From: Azolla caroliniana
Lineage: Eukaryota > Plantae > Polypodiophyta
Direction: 5' to 3'
Length of the DNA stretch: 64,000 bases
Assembly (NCBI GenBank): GCA_043228905.1
Contig: JBHGNT010000006.1
Span: forward strand, 14,632,001 to 14,696,000
Made by a program: the position numbers and the translations under genes. The notes beneath the pieces were generated by a model. The model was given only the letters and a program-made list of their open reading frames with translations. It ran no database searches and was not told where the DNA came from. Shown here piece by piece: positions 13,281 to 26,758 of the stretch. The stretch's first letter is position 1. Each line of letters opens with the position of its first letter.

Positions 13281-15407
13281 ATGAAGGGGTCGGATCTTGC
13301 AGAGGCCATGGCTTCGGCCATGGATCAGATATTGAGTGCACGCGAGGGCACCGGTGCCCTCGACAAAGCCATTGAGGCAGTCGTCGGTACGATCGGCCGG
13401 TTCAGCGGAAAGGATGCCACGAAGTATTTGGCGTCCTACGGGGCAGAAATGCTGATGTGGAACATTCCGGAAGAGAGGCGTCTTGCCGGGTTTCCTCGAG
13501 TGGCGATGCCGAGCATCCATGCGAAGGTGCTCGAGGTGCGGGCGGAGAGCCGTACCTGGGAGGAGTTCGAAGGCCGACTCCTAGAAAAATACGGGCTGGA
13601 CGACGTGCTCTGGCTTTCGAAACGGGACTTCATGGAATGGGTGGAGTCCCCCGGCAAGGGAAGAAACGTGTCGGCACTCCTCCGGGAGTTCGAAGAACGC
13701 TTTGCGCACCTTTCGGCGCTTGACCGAACCGTTCTGGATACGAGCCGGGTCCTACTGTTCGTCAAGTCGGTGGACGAGCGGGACCAGGATCAAGTCGGCT
13801 CCTTGCTGGAAACCGAAGACGGGCTGACGACCGACTGGGCAACGGTTAAGAGAGTCTGTGGCCGTTTCGACAAACGGCGGGAATGGGCTGACAACGGGGC
13901 GGCCGGTGCGGGCTCTGTCATAGCAAGGAGGCTTGAACCAGCACCGCAAGTGCGAAGGGAAGAAACCCGAGAATGGCTCGAAACTGGTCCGGCTTCGACC
14001 AGCATGGTCAATGGCTCGTCCGGAGGAGCAGCGCTGGAGGAGTTGACGCGGGCGATAAAGGATCTCCAGATCGCCCAGACTCGAAGGGAAGGCGGCGAAC
14101 CGGCTCGTGACCGACGGCCGGCAGCAGGGAACAGGTGCATGTGGTGCGACGAGGTCGGCCCCATCTGGAAGGACTACGGCGATTTCGCAGAAGCGTTGAG
14201 GAACCGGGTGGTGTACCTGTGGGAAGGCCGGGTGCACGCCAGCGACACCAGAAGGGCCCTAAACCGAAACGACGAGCGAGGAGGTATGAAGAGACTGATG
14301 GAAGAGGCAGCGGCCCGACACGTGGAGGCCATCCACTACTCGGCGTCGGCCGGCATTCGGGTCGGGGGCAGCGAGGCCCGAAAGGAGAGCAAAGACGGAT
14401 TCTGGTCGGCAATGCTGGAAGGCCTCACCGGCGCACGGCTGAGGAAAGATGAAACGGACCGCGCTGAGAGACGGGTCCGGGAAATAACCGGGTGGAGCGA
14501 CCCGGTCGAGGAGAAGACGGGCTTCGTAGAAGTCGCCTGCCGGAACTACGAGGCTCTGGTAGAAGACAAACGAGTGGGGAAAGCCGGAGCGGCCGGGCCC
14601 TCACAACGATACGAGACCCGATTCGGGCAATGACGGAACGAAGCCGGTGGGTCCAGCGCGCAAGATAACCCCAGGAAGGGCGGATACCGACTGGGGACGG
14701 AAATAGAAAGGGCCACGGACCTACGAAAGGTCCTAGAAGAACGGATCCTCGACAGCAAAGTGGAGTTGTCACTACGGGAGGTGCTAGGGATCGCCAAGAA
14801 GGAGTTCCACGACTCCATTGTGGACCTGGTGAAACGGAAGAGGCTGTCGACGGAGACGGAACCGGAAAGACCGGTGCAGGTGCGGACGACGCACATCGAC
14901 GACATGGTGCTGGAAGATGAGTGGGCGGAGAGCCACTATTCGAGGCCACACTGGGCCCGAGTGACCACGGAGACCCCGGTAAAGATCGGAGATGTTCAGG
15001 AACCGGTGGTGGCACTGGTGGACCACGGTTCGGAAATAAACCTGATGTCCATTGACTTCTATAAGAAGGGAAAATGGCTGATCAACACCAAGCACGGGTG
15101 GAAGATATGGGCGACGACGCACGCCACCGAGGAACTACATGGGGCCTGCCCGAACGTGCGAGTCAAGATCGGCAACGTCGAGATTGACCAGCACTTCTTC
15201 GTACAGGAGACGTCCTCGCACCTGGTCATTTTAGGGGAACCATACATCACGGCGGCGAGAATGGAGACCAAGGTGCTGGACAACGGTTCGGCCTACGTGA
15301 GGGTCAAAAGCCAGGACGGGCGCCATTCGGTCCAATTTCTAACGGTGCGACCGAACCACGAGCGAAACCGCGAATCCCTTGGTGGCGAGAACCGGGAGGA
15401 TTTTTAG
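13281..15407 (+). pseudogene. gypsy D gag-protease ORF (one in-frame TGA at 14631)
   Basis: ORFs 13140-14633 and 14760-15407 share a frame; degenerate knuckle CMWCD; protease VALVDHGSEIN...VILGEPY. Confidence 0.88.
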
Positions 15408-18400
15408 AGAGGGTTGCCAAGGCGTGGGGCCGAGACAGTCCGGACACTCGGGAAAGACCCCACAGCTGTACGATAGAACCGAAACCGAAGAAGCCTTGTA
15501 CGATAGGTAGAAAAATTTGCTTCTCCGACGACAGAGGGTATATGATAGTCGGCATCGTTGGCCGAGAAAGGGCAAGAGCGGAGGAGCGACTTCGAGCGTG
15601 CGGAGTTCTCGGCCCGGACGAGGAAGTCAGCGGAGCCGTGGAGGCAGTCTCCTTCGACGACACCTTGGGGATGCTGAGGAAGGTTGCCGGAGAAGACCTT
15701 AACGAAGACTGGACGATACCCGTATGTTCCGAAGAGATGTACGAAGTCATCGCGGACTTCAGTCAGGGGCTCGAGTCGGATCGGACGGCCCGAGTTAGCA
15801 CGAAGTACAAGACTGTGGACCGGAGGGTAAGGCCGGTCACGGCACCCTTACTGGAGGGCAGCGAGTCCCGAATCAGAGGGGTTGCGTCGGACCCCAATTT
15901 ACGAGATCCGGCCTGCATAGGACACACCTTCACCGACGGGACGCTCAGGGAGCTCAAGATCGGTGGGGGCGGGTTCCTACTGCCGGCGGAGTAAGACTGG
16001 TTTCGGAGAATGCTCGGAAGGCACGGAAAGGCCTTCGCATTCTCACCGGAAGAGATCGGGTGCGTAGACCCGACAATCGTGGAGCCGATGGTGATATTCA
16101 CGGTACCGCATGTGCCGTGGAATCTCAAGCCGATTCCAGTACCGAGAGCTCACATCCCGAAGCTGATGGAGCTATTGAGGCAAAAAGTCAATATGGGCAT
16201 TCTCGAACCGTCGAGTGCCCCATACTCGAACCGATGGTTTACAGTACCAAAGAGAAACGGAACGATGCGCTTCATTCAAGACCTGCAGCCGGTCAACAGA
16301 GTGACCATTCGGAATGAAGGAATCAGACCGACCATAGACGAGTTTGCGGAGGCCTTCGCCAGAAGGTCGATTTACTCGGTCGGTGATCTGTACTCGGGGT
16401 ACGACCAGTTCCAGCTAGCCGTGGAGAGCAGAGACATTACGACGATGCGAACTCCCCTCGGCCTAGTGCGAATGTGTACCCTGCCACAAGGAGGGACTAA
16501 CTCCGTGGCCCACATGGTGAATGCAATGAACAAGGTATTGAGGGATTGTATCCCGGACATCACCATGCCGTTTCTAGACGACATCCTGATCAAGGGGTGC
16601 CCGGTGGAAGAGAAGGACGCAACACTCGGACCGGACGGATGCCGGCGATTCGTGGCAACACACATCGACGACTGCGAGAAGGTGCTACAGAGGCTAGAGG
16701 ATGCGAGGCTCACCTTCTCCGGGGAGAAATCGGCCTTCGGGCAATCAGAAATCCTGGTGGTCGGACACCTATGTGGACCATATGGCCGGAAGCCGTCTCC
16801 GGCAAAGGTAGAAGCCATCTCCGTGATGAAGACCGATTGTAGCTCGGTTACGGAAGTTCGGAGGTTCCTGGGGGCATGCGCATTCTACCACATATGGATC
16901 CTGCATTACGCCCACATTGCGGAGCCGCTATATGGGTTGCTGAAGAAAGGGCGAAAATTCGAATGGCGAGACGAGCACACGGAGTCGGTCCAGAAGCTAA
17001 AGGAAGCTCTTGCGGCAGCACCGACGCTCCGGAAGGCTATCTACGAGAAGGGCACCCCGGTATACATAACGGTGGATACGAGTCCGACTGGGATCGGATG
17101 GGTCGTCAACCAAGAAGACGAGGACGGCATTCGGTTCCCGATCCGATTCGGCGCGAAGGTCCTCAGTGAGCGATAGCGAGGGTACGCCCAGGTTAAGCGC
17201 GAACTCTAGGGTATCGTTTCGGCAGTAAAGGCCGACAAAGACTACCTGATCGGGATAGAAGTGGTTATCGAGACGGATTGCCTGCCAATTCTCGGCATGG
17301 TTTCCGGATGCGCGACACCGGACCTGGCGATGCTCAGGTGGATAGCGTACATCAAGTCCCTGGACCCGGAAATACGACACATTTCCGGAAAGGACAACGC
17401 CATGGCCGACATGCTTTCGAGGGCGAGGTTTGATGACGAGGGCGGCATGGTTGCGGAGGACGAAGAAGTCGGCGTGGACTTCTTCGAGGCAGCGTACGTG
17501 ACGACCGATGGGACGAGCACTCCGGCGCTTAACTGCTTCGATGAGAGCAAGTACGACGGCGAGTGGCTACAGATCGGAGGGTTCTTAAGGACCATGACGT
17601 CAGATGCGTCATGGACGAGGGACGAGGCCAATCAGATCCGGAAGAAAGCATACCGATTCTTTCTCTGGGACGGATACTTATGGAAGCACCCGAAGAAGAG
17701 GAACGGCGTCCCGCTCCGGGTGGTGGCGATGAAGGAAGAACAGGAGGAGCTGCTGACGGCCTACCACGACAGCCCTTGGGCTGGACACCGTGGAACGTGG
17801 GCCACGTTCGAGAAGATAAAGGGGAAGTACTGGTGGTCGGGACTGTACCGGGACGTGCATCGGTTCGTGGCAACTTGCGAGAGCTGTCAGATGCACTCCA
17901 TAGTCCGACATCGGGATGAGCTGCACCCTACGTACCCTCCGACCATCCACTTCAAATGGATGGTAGATCTGGTGACGATGCCGATGGGAGTAGGACAGAT
18001 GCGGTATCTGGTCCTAGCTCGGGAAGATCTGACGAACCAGGTGGAAGGCCGAGCCCTTCAGAACAAAACGACTGCGGCCGTATGTCGGTTCCTGATCGAG
18101 GACGTGATATGCCAGTACGGGTGCGTCGGGAAGGTCGTGGCTGATCGCGGGGAGTTGGACGCCGAAGAGGCTGAGGAGATGTTCGACCGGCTAGGAGTCA
18201 AGCTCGCGATTACCACTGCATACAATCCCGAGGCGAATGGGAAGGTGGAGCGCGGACACGGACCGATCGTCAAGGCGTTATTTCGGGCATGCGGAGGTCA
18301 AGTCGGGAACTGGCCGCGGCTGTTGCCTTACGCGTTGTGGGCGGACCGAACTACGCACAGTTCGGGAACCGGATTCATGCCGGTAGAGCTCATGTTTGGG

Positions 18401-18901
18401 CAAAAGCCGATCATGCCGATGGAACGTACGATCTCCTCATGGGCAACCGTGGACGGGAAAGACGAGATGAGCCAGGAGGAACTGTTGGCGGCGCGCATAC
18501 GACAGCTCGAGCGAAGACCGGAGGACGTGGAGCAGGCCGCGGGAAAACTTCGGGTGGCAAGGACGAGGAACAAAGCCCGGTTCGACCGAACACACCGGCT
18601 CCGACCGAAGAAGATCGAGGGAGGCGACTGGGTGTTAGTCTACGACAGCAGCCTCGACAACCAGCACCGAGCGACACGGAAGTTCGCAAGAAGGTGGTTC
18701 GGGCCTTACATGGTCCAAAGCGCCAACGACAACGGGACGTACCATCTGGCGGAACTCGACGGCACGAGAATGGCGATACCGGTAGCTGGGAAGCGGATCA
18801 AAGCATTCAATAAGCGTCACGACGACAAGCCGGATCCGGTTGACCTGAACCGCGACGACGAACGATCCGAAACCGAGGAAGAACCGACGGGCGGAGAATG
18901 A
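15398..18901 (+). pseudogene. gypsy D pol (RT-RNase H-integrase) in the -1 frame
   Basis: ORFs at 15542, 16010 and 17261 share one frame; LPQGGTNS, FLDD, VDTSPTGIG, HHCC, VADRGEL, NGKVERGH; stops at 15992, 17174, 17207. Confidence 0.92.
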
Positions 18902-18974
18902 AGGCCGGACCGGTTTTCTCCGTCCCAACTCAATTTGGCGCATGCCGGTGGATGCGCGGTTAGGTGGGGGCGGA

Positions 18975-19599
18975 TGTCGTGAAGAAAACCGTCCACAAGC
19001 GGAATCGGTGCACCGGGGCGTAGGAACCGACTCTTCATGAACGTACGCCTTATGTTGTACATAGAGGATCCTAGGTAGGTAGATTCGGTAGGTAGGAAGT
19101 TAATAGGAAACGGCTCCTTCCTTGCCTATAAGAGGAGGGAGACGAGGAGGAAAGAGGGGATCGCGGATAGAGAGGACGAAGTGCTATCGGATTGCGGGCC
19201 GAAGGCTTCTCTCTCTTCCATACTCTGTAGCTCCTTTCTATGCAGGTTTCGGGAGGCTCACGCTGCTCTGAGGAATGCCCGAGTGCTTCCGGCAGCACCT
19301 CCAACCTACTCTTTTCTTTCTGTGCGTTTACGAACAGGCATCGGCATCTGTTCGCCGGCCTGTTCTGTTGTAACCGACTTCGTGCTTCTTGTTGTTGTCT
19401 TGTTTATATATATTTTACATACATTCGTGTCTCTTTGTGTCGCTGTCGTACTCACGTCTTTGTGTCGAAGGGCCGCGTCCCTGTGAATCTACGCTCACAC
19501 CTAGCGAGTCTCTTCCCTTCCCCTTTTCTCTCTTGCTCTTCGGTACAAGACCCCCGAGGTCCCGCCTCGTTCCACGCATCCACGAGGTATACCTCGACA
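18975..19599 (+). repeat. gypsy D 3' LTR
   Basis: Follows PPT AGGTGGGGGCGGA; direct repeat of the 5' LTR. Confidence 0.95.
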
Positions 19600-20881
19600 A
19601 CGTAGGCACGAGTCGTACAGCCACCAGTTTGGGCGAAACCATTGTCACGTGTTCGTGGATGCCTCGGATATAGCAATAGGTAGTGCGTTAATGCAACTAA
19701 CGGAGCCAAATTGGTACCGACCAGTGTACTACGCTAGTCGGAAACTATCAACGAGTGAGCGTAACTACTCCACAATGGAACATGAAACGTTGGGTGGAAA
19801 TTCCGGCACTATCTGCTAGGGTGGAAATTCACGTTTCACGTGGATCATACGACATTGTTATATTTGGTGGGGAAACAGGCACTGATAGGAAAATTGGCCA
19901 GATGGATGTTGTTGCTCCAAGAATTCGACTTTGTAATTCAGCACCGACCGGGTACGCAACACGTGGTGGCGGATTTCTTGAGCAGACTAGATAATGGAGA
20001 AATGGCGCAAAAAGATGACGACGGCTTTCCGGATGCGGACATTCTGCGTATAACAACTTTAGTAGAAAGAACAAAAAAGACTTTTCCGAATCGGTGGTTG
20101 ATGGAAATGACCTACATTCTGAACACGGGGTTACCGCCACCCCAATTAAGGACGGACGAGAAAAAATGGCTGGCTGTACGGAGTCGTAATTTTTGTTTAG
20201 TCGACGATGTCCTATATCACAAAGACAGTGCCGGCATCTAGAGGCGCGGAATACAATAGTATGAGAAGGTTGTGGTTTTACGAGAAGCCCACTGTGGTAC
20301 GACAGGAGGACATTACGTGGGCGATGTTACAGCCCGGAAAATCTAGCAAGTAGGACTTTGGTGGCCAACTACGCAAAAGGATGTGTATGAATATTGCAAA
20401 CAGTGTGATTTACGCCAACGGTTAGGCCAGCCCATGAAGGTCATGAGAATGCCACATCAACCGGTGTTGTCGTTGGATCCTTTCCAAAAGTGGGGGTTGG
20501 ATTTTGTGGGACCCTTTACCCCGGCGGCTGGTCGAATAGGCAATAAGTATATCCTGGTGGCTATGGATTACTACACCAAGTGGGTAGAAGCAAAACCACT
20601 GCGCGAAAATACCACGGTAGTCACAGCGAAATTCCTTTACGAACATATCTGGTGTCGTTTCGGATGCCCTATCGAGCTCATTAGTGACCAGGGCAGTCAC
20701 TTTCTGAATACAGTCATCAGCGAGCTGACCCAACACTACGATGTGGCTCACAAAAAGAGTACGTCGTATTACCCACAGGCATCTGGCTTGACCGAATCCA
20801 CGAACAAAACATTACAAACTATCCTCAAAAGGATAATCAATGAGAATAGAACAGATTGGAATACCAAATTGCACAGCGCGT
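19600..20881 (+). pseudogene. G1 RNase H and integrase fragment
   Basis: VDAS, YYASRKL, RWMLLLQEFDF, KWGLDFVGP, ISDQGSHF. Confidence 0.9.
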
Positions 20882-21774
20882 TGTCATAGTGTAATTCAGA
20901 CACTACGTGAAAAATTACATTTTTGATCTCTCTGGATAGGACATGGAGTACAAGATGAGAACCGGAAGGAGGAACTGGTAAGGACCGAAACTGGTAAGGA
21001 GACCCTGCAAGAGCCGGATGAAGAAGGCCGGTGAGAGTCGATGAGAAACGAATGAAGAGGACTGGTAAGGATAACCGGATGGAATCGGATGAAGGAGGAA
21101 TCGGCAAGGGGACCCGGTAAGAACTGGCAAGAGCTGGATAAAGAAGGCCGGTGAGAGTCTCTCACCGGATGAAGAGACAACATTGTAAATAGAAGAAAAT
21201 ATAAAAAATATATATTACATGCATAGGGCAAGATTCGATCCTTACACCTCCATGTTAATAATGTTAAGCCTTACCACTATACTAACATATTATGAATGTT
21301 AAAGTTATATTAAACTTTATCCCATGTAAATATTCTAGATATGCATGGTACAGAAAGTTATTCATGCATACTCACTCGAGTTAAAAGAGAAGATGGGATA
21401 GAAAGCTAATCATGCACATGTACTGTGCATGAAAACTAAAGTTAGGAAAAGCATGATGTTTGCATGTGATAAACTTAGACTCTTCCAACACTATATAAGG
21501 AAGAGAGAAAGATGTATAGTGGTTGTTGATTATTTATAAGGGTTGATTAATATAATATATTCGTGGGATTCACGAATTTGCTAACTATTTTTCTCTCTTA
21601 ATCTGAATACTCACTAATACACTATACTCGTGGGATTCACGAGTTTTTCATATCTTTCTTTCTTACAATATATTTCCTATTCTTAATTGCCTTAGAATTT
21701 TCTTTTCTCCTAGTCCAAAACCTCAATGGTTCCCACCCGATTCACGCAACGATCCGGAGCCAAAAGGCACGACA
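20882..21774 (+). repeat. gypsy E 5' LTR (893 bp) with internal short repeats
   Basis: Direct repeat of 26815-27581 plus 30092-30219; repeated AAGAGCCGGATGAAGAAGGCCGGTG units; two TCGTGGGATTCACGA inverted motifs. Confidence 0.92.
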
Positions 21775-21778
21775 CAAT

Positions 21779-21796
21779 TGGTGAACCCGACGTGAA
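21779..21796 (+). promoter_or_regulatory. tRNA-Trp PBS of E
   Basis: TGGTGAACCCGACGTGAA. Confidence 0.88.
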
Positions 21797-21812
21797 CACG
21801 TGTGGCAAGGAG

Positions 21813-24800
21813 ATGGAAAATCAACCGGAGGCTAACAACATGATGATGATGTTCGAGCAGATGCTTCAAGAACAATGTGTGATGTCGGAGATAGCGGCTC
21901 GGGCAACGGATTGGGCAATTCAACAGAAATGACGTATTATGCTATCTTCGGGACTACAAGGCAGAAATGATACGGTGCGGGATTTCGGAAGGACTGCAAG
22001 TGACATCCTTCAAACGGGTAGCTACCGACGGGCTTCAAGCAATTATCCACAGGCTACGACAACAAAATCTGATGTGGGAAGCGTTTGAAGAGGCGCTAAA
22101 GACCACGTTCTCTATCGAGGACTCCTCCAAGGCAACGTGGAGAGGATTCGAGGATTGGGTGGAAACGCCGGATAAGGGAATGAAGTTCCTCAATGTGTTT
22201 TCGGCATTCGAAAGTCGGTTTGGGAGGATGTCTGCGAGAGATCAAGCTATCCTTGCACCAGACAAAGTGATCATGTTCTTACGAGCCGTAGAAGTCCGGG
22301 ACCGAAAGGATCTTGGAGTGCTTCTAGAGGACATGACTACCGAGTGTGGCCTCACCGAAACATGGGGAAGCGTGCGGGATATCGTCGTGCAATACACAAA
22401 GAGGGGAGAATGGCTTGCCAACGAAGAAAGGAGGGTTTCGGAACTGACTCCGAAATCGAGATCTGGATCGGAAGACCATCAACCGCGGGCTCGAGAGACT
22501 ACGACCGAGAAGGGAACCAATGCAACCACAGTGGAGCAATTGCTGAAGGAGATGGAGAATCTGAAAATCGCGATGGTGAAGAAGATGGAAGACCGTCCCA
22601 CAAGTTCTAAGTACATCGACCGTCGATGCATATGGTGTGATAGCACTGAACATGATCGGAGAGATTGCGACGAGCACAAGGAGGTGTTACGACGAGATCT
22701 TATCTACTACGAGGGAAATCAGATTCATTCGATGGATTCTCGGAAGTCACTCTGACCGAACTTCCGGAAAGGTAACATGAAGAAGGTCCTAGAGGAGGAG
22801 ATCGTGGCGAAAGACAATTATGCGACAACCACGGGGATACGGGTGGGGCAGTCATCTGCAGCAAAGGCGTCTTTTTGGCTGGAAGTGTTAGAAATTTCGA
22901 AGAAAGTCGACCATGATGAAATCTGAAGCGTCACGGAATGTATCCAGGAAGCTACGGGATGGGAGTGTCCACTAAAGCAACGGAACATCTATTTGCGGCT
23001 TGTCCGGATGTGACAGTGAAGATCGGGGATGTCGAGATCGACCAAAATTTCTTCGTACAAGACGAAGTCTCACACTCCGTGATCCTCGGGCAACCCTTTA
23101 TCACGGCTTCACGGATGGAGACGAAGGTGCTCGATAGCGGTGCGGCTTTTGCACGAATTCGGAGCCAAAGCGGAGGGAAATCCGTCCAATTCCTAAATGT
23201 GCCGGCAAATCATGAAAGGAACAAGAGAGAGCTCTTGTCCCAAACACGGATGGATATTTAGAGCAGACTGTTGCGGAGTGGGGAAGTGATAGTCCGAGAA
23301 GCCTTGATACCCCACACAGGAAGAAAACTCTCGGAGCAAAACAAGTATGAATCAGTCCGGATGGGGCATCTATGTACATGACCGTAACCGGAAGAATGAA
23401 GAAAGAATACCGAAAGGTAGAGGATAAGTTGCGGTCGAAGAAGTGTTCTATGGGAACATGCTACAATGGCTTGAAGAGCTTGTGGAGGATAAAAGCAAAG
23501 GAGACCGGGTAGTCCCGGTGGAATCGGTGGAGATGTACGAGATCATTGCGAAAATGGGGCCGGATGTGCTCCGCAAAGAAGAAGCAATGGTAAGTACAAA
23601 ATACAAGACCGTGGAGAAGAAAGTGACACTGGCCGCGGGACCATTACTCGCCGATATCGAGCAAAAGAGGAAAGAAGTCTCGGGAGATCCGACACTTTGG
23701 AAGTCTGTGGATATCGGACATGCCTTCACGGATGAGACCCGGAAGAAACTTCAGATCGGTGGAGGTGGTTTCCTTTTACAAAATGAAGAAGAATGATTCT
23801 GTGGAATGTTGGAACAACATGGGAAAGCATTTGCATTCACATCGAAGGAGATAGGGTGCGTTGATCCGAAGATAGTGGAGCCGATGGTGATCTTCACGAT
23901 TGACCATGTGCCGTGGAACCTGAAGCCGATTCCAGTGCCGCGGGCACATATTCCCAAAAATCATCGACTTGCTCAAGGAGAAGGTGGCGATGGGGATTCT
24001 AGAGCCATCAAACGCTCCATACTCAAATCGATGGTTTGCGGTTCCGAAGAAGAATGGATCACTCCGATTTATCCAAGACTTGCAACCGGTGACCAAAGTC
24101 ACGATCCGGAACTTCGGAGTCGGTCCGATAGTGGACGAATTTGCGGAAGCCTTTGCCGGTCGTGCGATATACTCCATCGGAGACCTATACTCGGGTCGGG
24201 GTATGACCAATTCCAACTAGTCGTGGAGAGCCGAGACATCACTACCATGTGGACACCGATAGGATTAGTCCGAATGTGCACACTACTACAAGGCGCAACG
24301 AACTCAGTCGTACATATGATGAATGCAATGAACAAGGTGCTTCGAGACTGCATTCCGGAGATAATGATGTTGTTCCTAGATGACATTCCGAGGAAAGGAT
24401 GCGCGGTGGAAGAAAAAGATGAGACTATGGATGATCAGGGATACCGACAGTTCGTAGTCAACCATATTCGTGATTGCGAGAAAGTGCTTCGAAAGTTAGA
24501 AGATGTGCACCTAACACTTTCCGGGGAGAAATTAGCATTTGGGCAAGAAGAGATATTGGTAGTCGGACATCTATGTGGGCCCTACCGCTGAAGACCGTCA
24601 CCGACCAAGATCGATGCGATTCAAGAGATCGATGCGATTCAAGCAATGAAAGAAGTATGTGAGTCACAATCCGAAGTCCGAAGGTTTCTCGGAGCGTGTG
24701 CATTCTACCACATATGGATTCCGCACTATGCACATATTGCGGACCCACTCTATCACTTGTTGCGGAAGGCTAAGAAGTTTGAATGGAAACCGGAGAATAC

Positions 24801-26758
24801 CAAAGCCGTGAAGAAGCTTAAGAAATCACTACGGAGGGCAAAAGCACTAAAGAAGCCGAACTATGACCGACCGATCATAGTAACGGTTGACACAAGTCCA
24901 ACCGGAATCAGATGGGTCATCAATCAAGCCGACTCGGATGGTTCGCGATATCCGATCCGATTCGGAGCAAAGGTTCTCAACGAAAGGCAACGCGGATATG
25001 CACAAGTCAAAAGAGAATTATGGGGATTCGTGTCGGCAATCAAATCGGATCGAGATTATTTGATTGGAGCTGAAGTAGTGATCGAAACGGATTGTCTTCC
25101 GATACTCAGGATGATGCGGTGTTGCACGATACCGGATGTGGCTATGCTAAGGTGGATTGCATATGTTAAGTCACTTAATCCGAAGGTATGACACATCTCC
25201 GGAAAAGACAACGCGGTAGTGGATATGCTATCAAGGGCGTAGTTCGGAGATGACATAACCGAATCCAATAATCTACTTTGCTTCGGAGCACATATGCCGG
25301 GTGAACGTAATCCGAGAATTCCGGGAAGAAGAATACAAGGGAGAAAGCTTGCTGATTGGGAAAGTGCTACAAGAAATCGAGGAATCATCGGACAATAAAG
25401 AGAAGAGAGCCGAGATCCGAAGTAAGAAGCGGCAAGTCCGAAAGTTCTTCTTGAAAAATGGATTAATATGGAGGGAACCGAAAAGACCAGATGGCATACC
25501 ACTTCGGGTAGTCGGGAGGAAAGAGCAACGAAACCGGATAATATCCGAATTTCACAAATCCGATTGGGCTGGACATTGAGGAACATGGGCAACTTTTGTG
25601 AAAATCAAACAAAAATATTGGTGGAAGAACATGTACAAAGATATAGCGGAGTTCACGGAAAGCTGTGAGAAGTGTCAAATCTACTCCGCAGTTCGACACC
25701 GAGATGAGTTACATCCGACATTCTCACCGACAATCAACTTCAAATGGATGGTCGATATTGTAGCCATGCCAACCGGGATCGGACAAAAGAAGTACTTGGT
25801 GTTAGCTCGAGAAGATCTCACAAACCAAGTAGAAGGTCGGGCGCTATGAAGGAAAACGTGTTCTGCGGTATGTCGATTTCTTTTGGAGGAGGTGTTTTGC
25901 AGGTACAGGTGCGTAGGACAAGTGATTGCGGATTGGGGAGAACTTGACTCTGATAAAGCTAAAGAATTCTTCACCAAACATGGAGTTCGGTTAACACTAA
26001 CAACGGCATACAATCTGGAGGCCAACGGGAAAATCGAACGAGGACATAGTCCAATCGTCAAAGCACTTGCCAAAGCATGCGATGGAAGGGTGAAGGATTG
26101 GCCGCAAATGCTCCCGTATGCACTATGGGCGGATCGGACGACGCATAGCTCCGTAACCGGTTACATGTCGGCAGAACTCATGACCGGACAAGTACCGGTA
26201 ATGCCAACGGAAACTACGATCGCGACATGGACAGTGCTACCATGGAAGGAAGAGATGAGCCAGGAAGAACTACTAGCGGTCTAGATGCAACAACTAGAGG
26301 GAAGACCGGAAGACATAACGGAAGCAATACGCCGACAACAAGAAGCGCGATTCTGGAATAAAAGCCAGTTCGATACAAAGCACCGACTACGACCGCGGAA
26401 GATTAAAAAAGGAGATTGGGTGATTGTCTACGACAGTAGTTTGGATCATCAACATACAACGATGCGGAAGTTCACGAAAAGGTGCTTCGGGCCATACAAA
26501 GTTCGGAAACTTTTCGACAACGGAACTTACCAACTATGCGAGTTGGATGGAACGATGTTACGAGTGCCTATAGCCGAGAAACGGGTGAAGATTTTCAAGA
26601 AGCGGACTGATGAAGAATCCTATGTGATCCTAGACAAGACCGACAAGAAGGAGCAATCGGACAAAGATCGCGGTGATGTGGAAAGAGAAGAAAGTGGATT
26701 ACAACTCATAGTCGATTTAAGGGGAGAATCGGAGGAAGCTTCGGATGAAGGTGAATAG
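21813..26758 (+). pseudogene. gypsy E gag-pol, many stops and frameshifts, protease core deleted
   Basis: CIWCDSTEHDRRDC knuckle, LLQGATNS, FLDD, FKWMVDIV, NGKIERGH. Confidence 0.9.

Larger units (their letters stand above)
12613..19599 (+). mobile_element. full-length Ty3/gypsy D (tRNA-Trp-primed, 4-bp TSD; Phygy/Ylt1-like by inference)
   Basis: 625-bp LTRs 12613-13237 and 18975-19599, TSD ACGT on both sides, PBS, PPT, gag-PR and RT-RH-INT with a few stops. Confidence 0.96.

Noticed and set aside
14631-14633. Possible gag/protease readthrough stop in D
   Set aside because: Best explained as CGA to TGA deamination; F has an open frame across the matching region.
13042-19062. Many overlapping antisense and alternate-frame ORFs in D
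   Set aside because: Expected in GC-rich coding DNA, with no motifs and no counterpart in AT-rich F.
20960-21170. Short spaced repeats resembling a CRISPR-like array
   Set aside because: Irregular LTR sub-repeats present in both E LTRs, no unique spacers, eukaryotic context.
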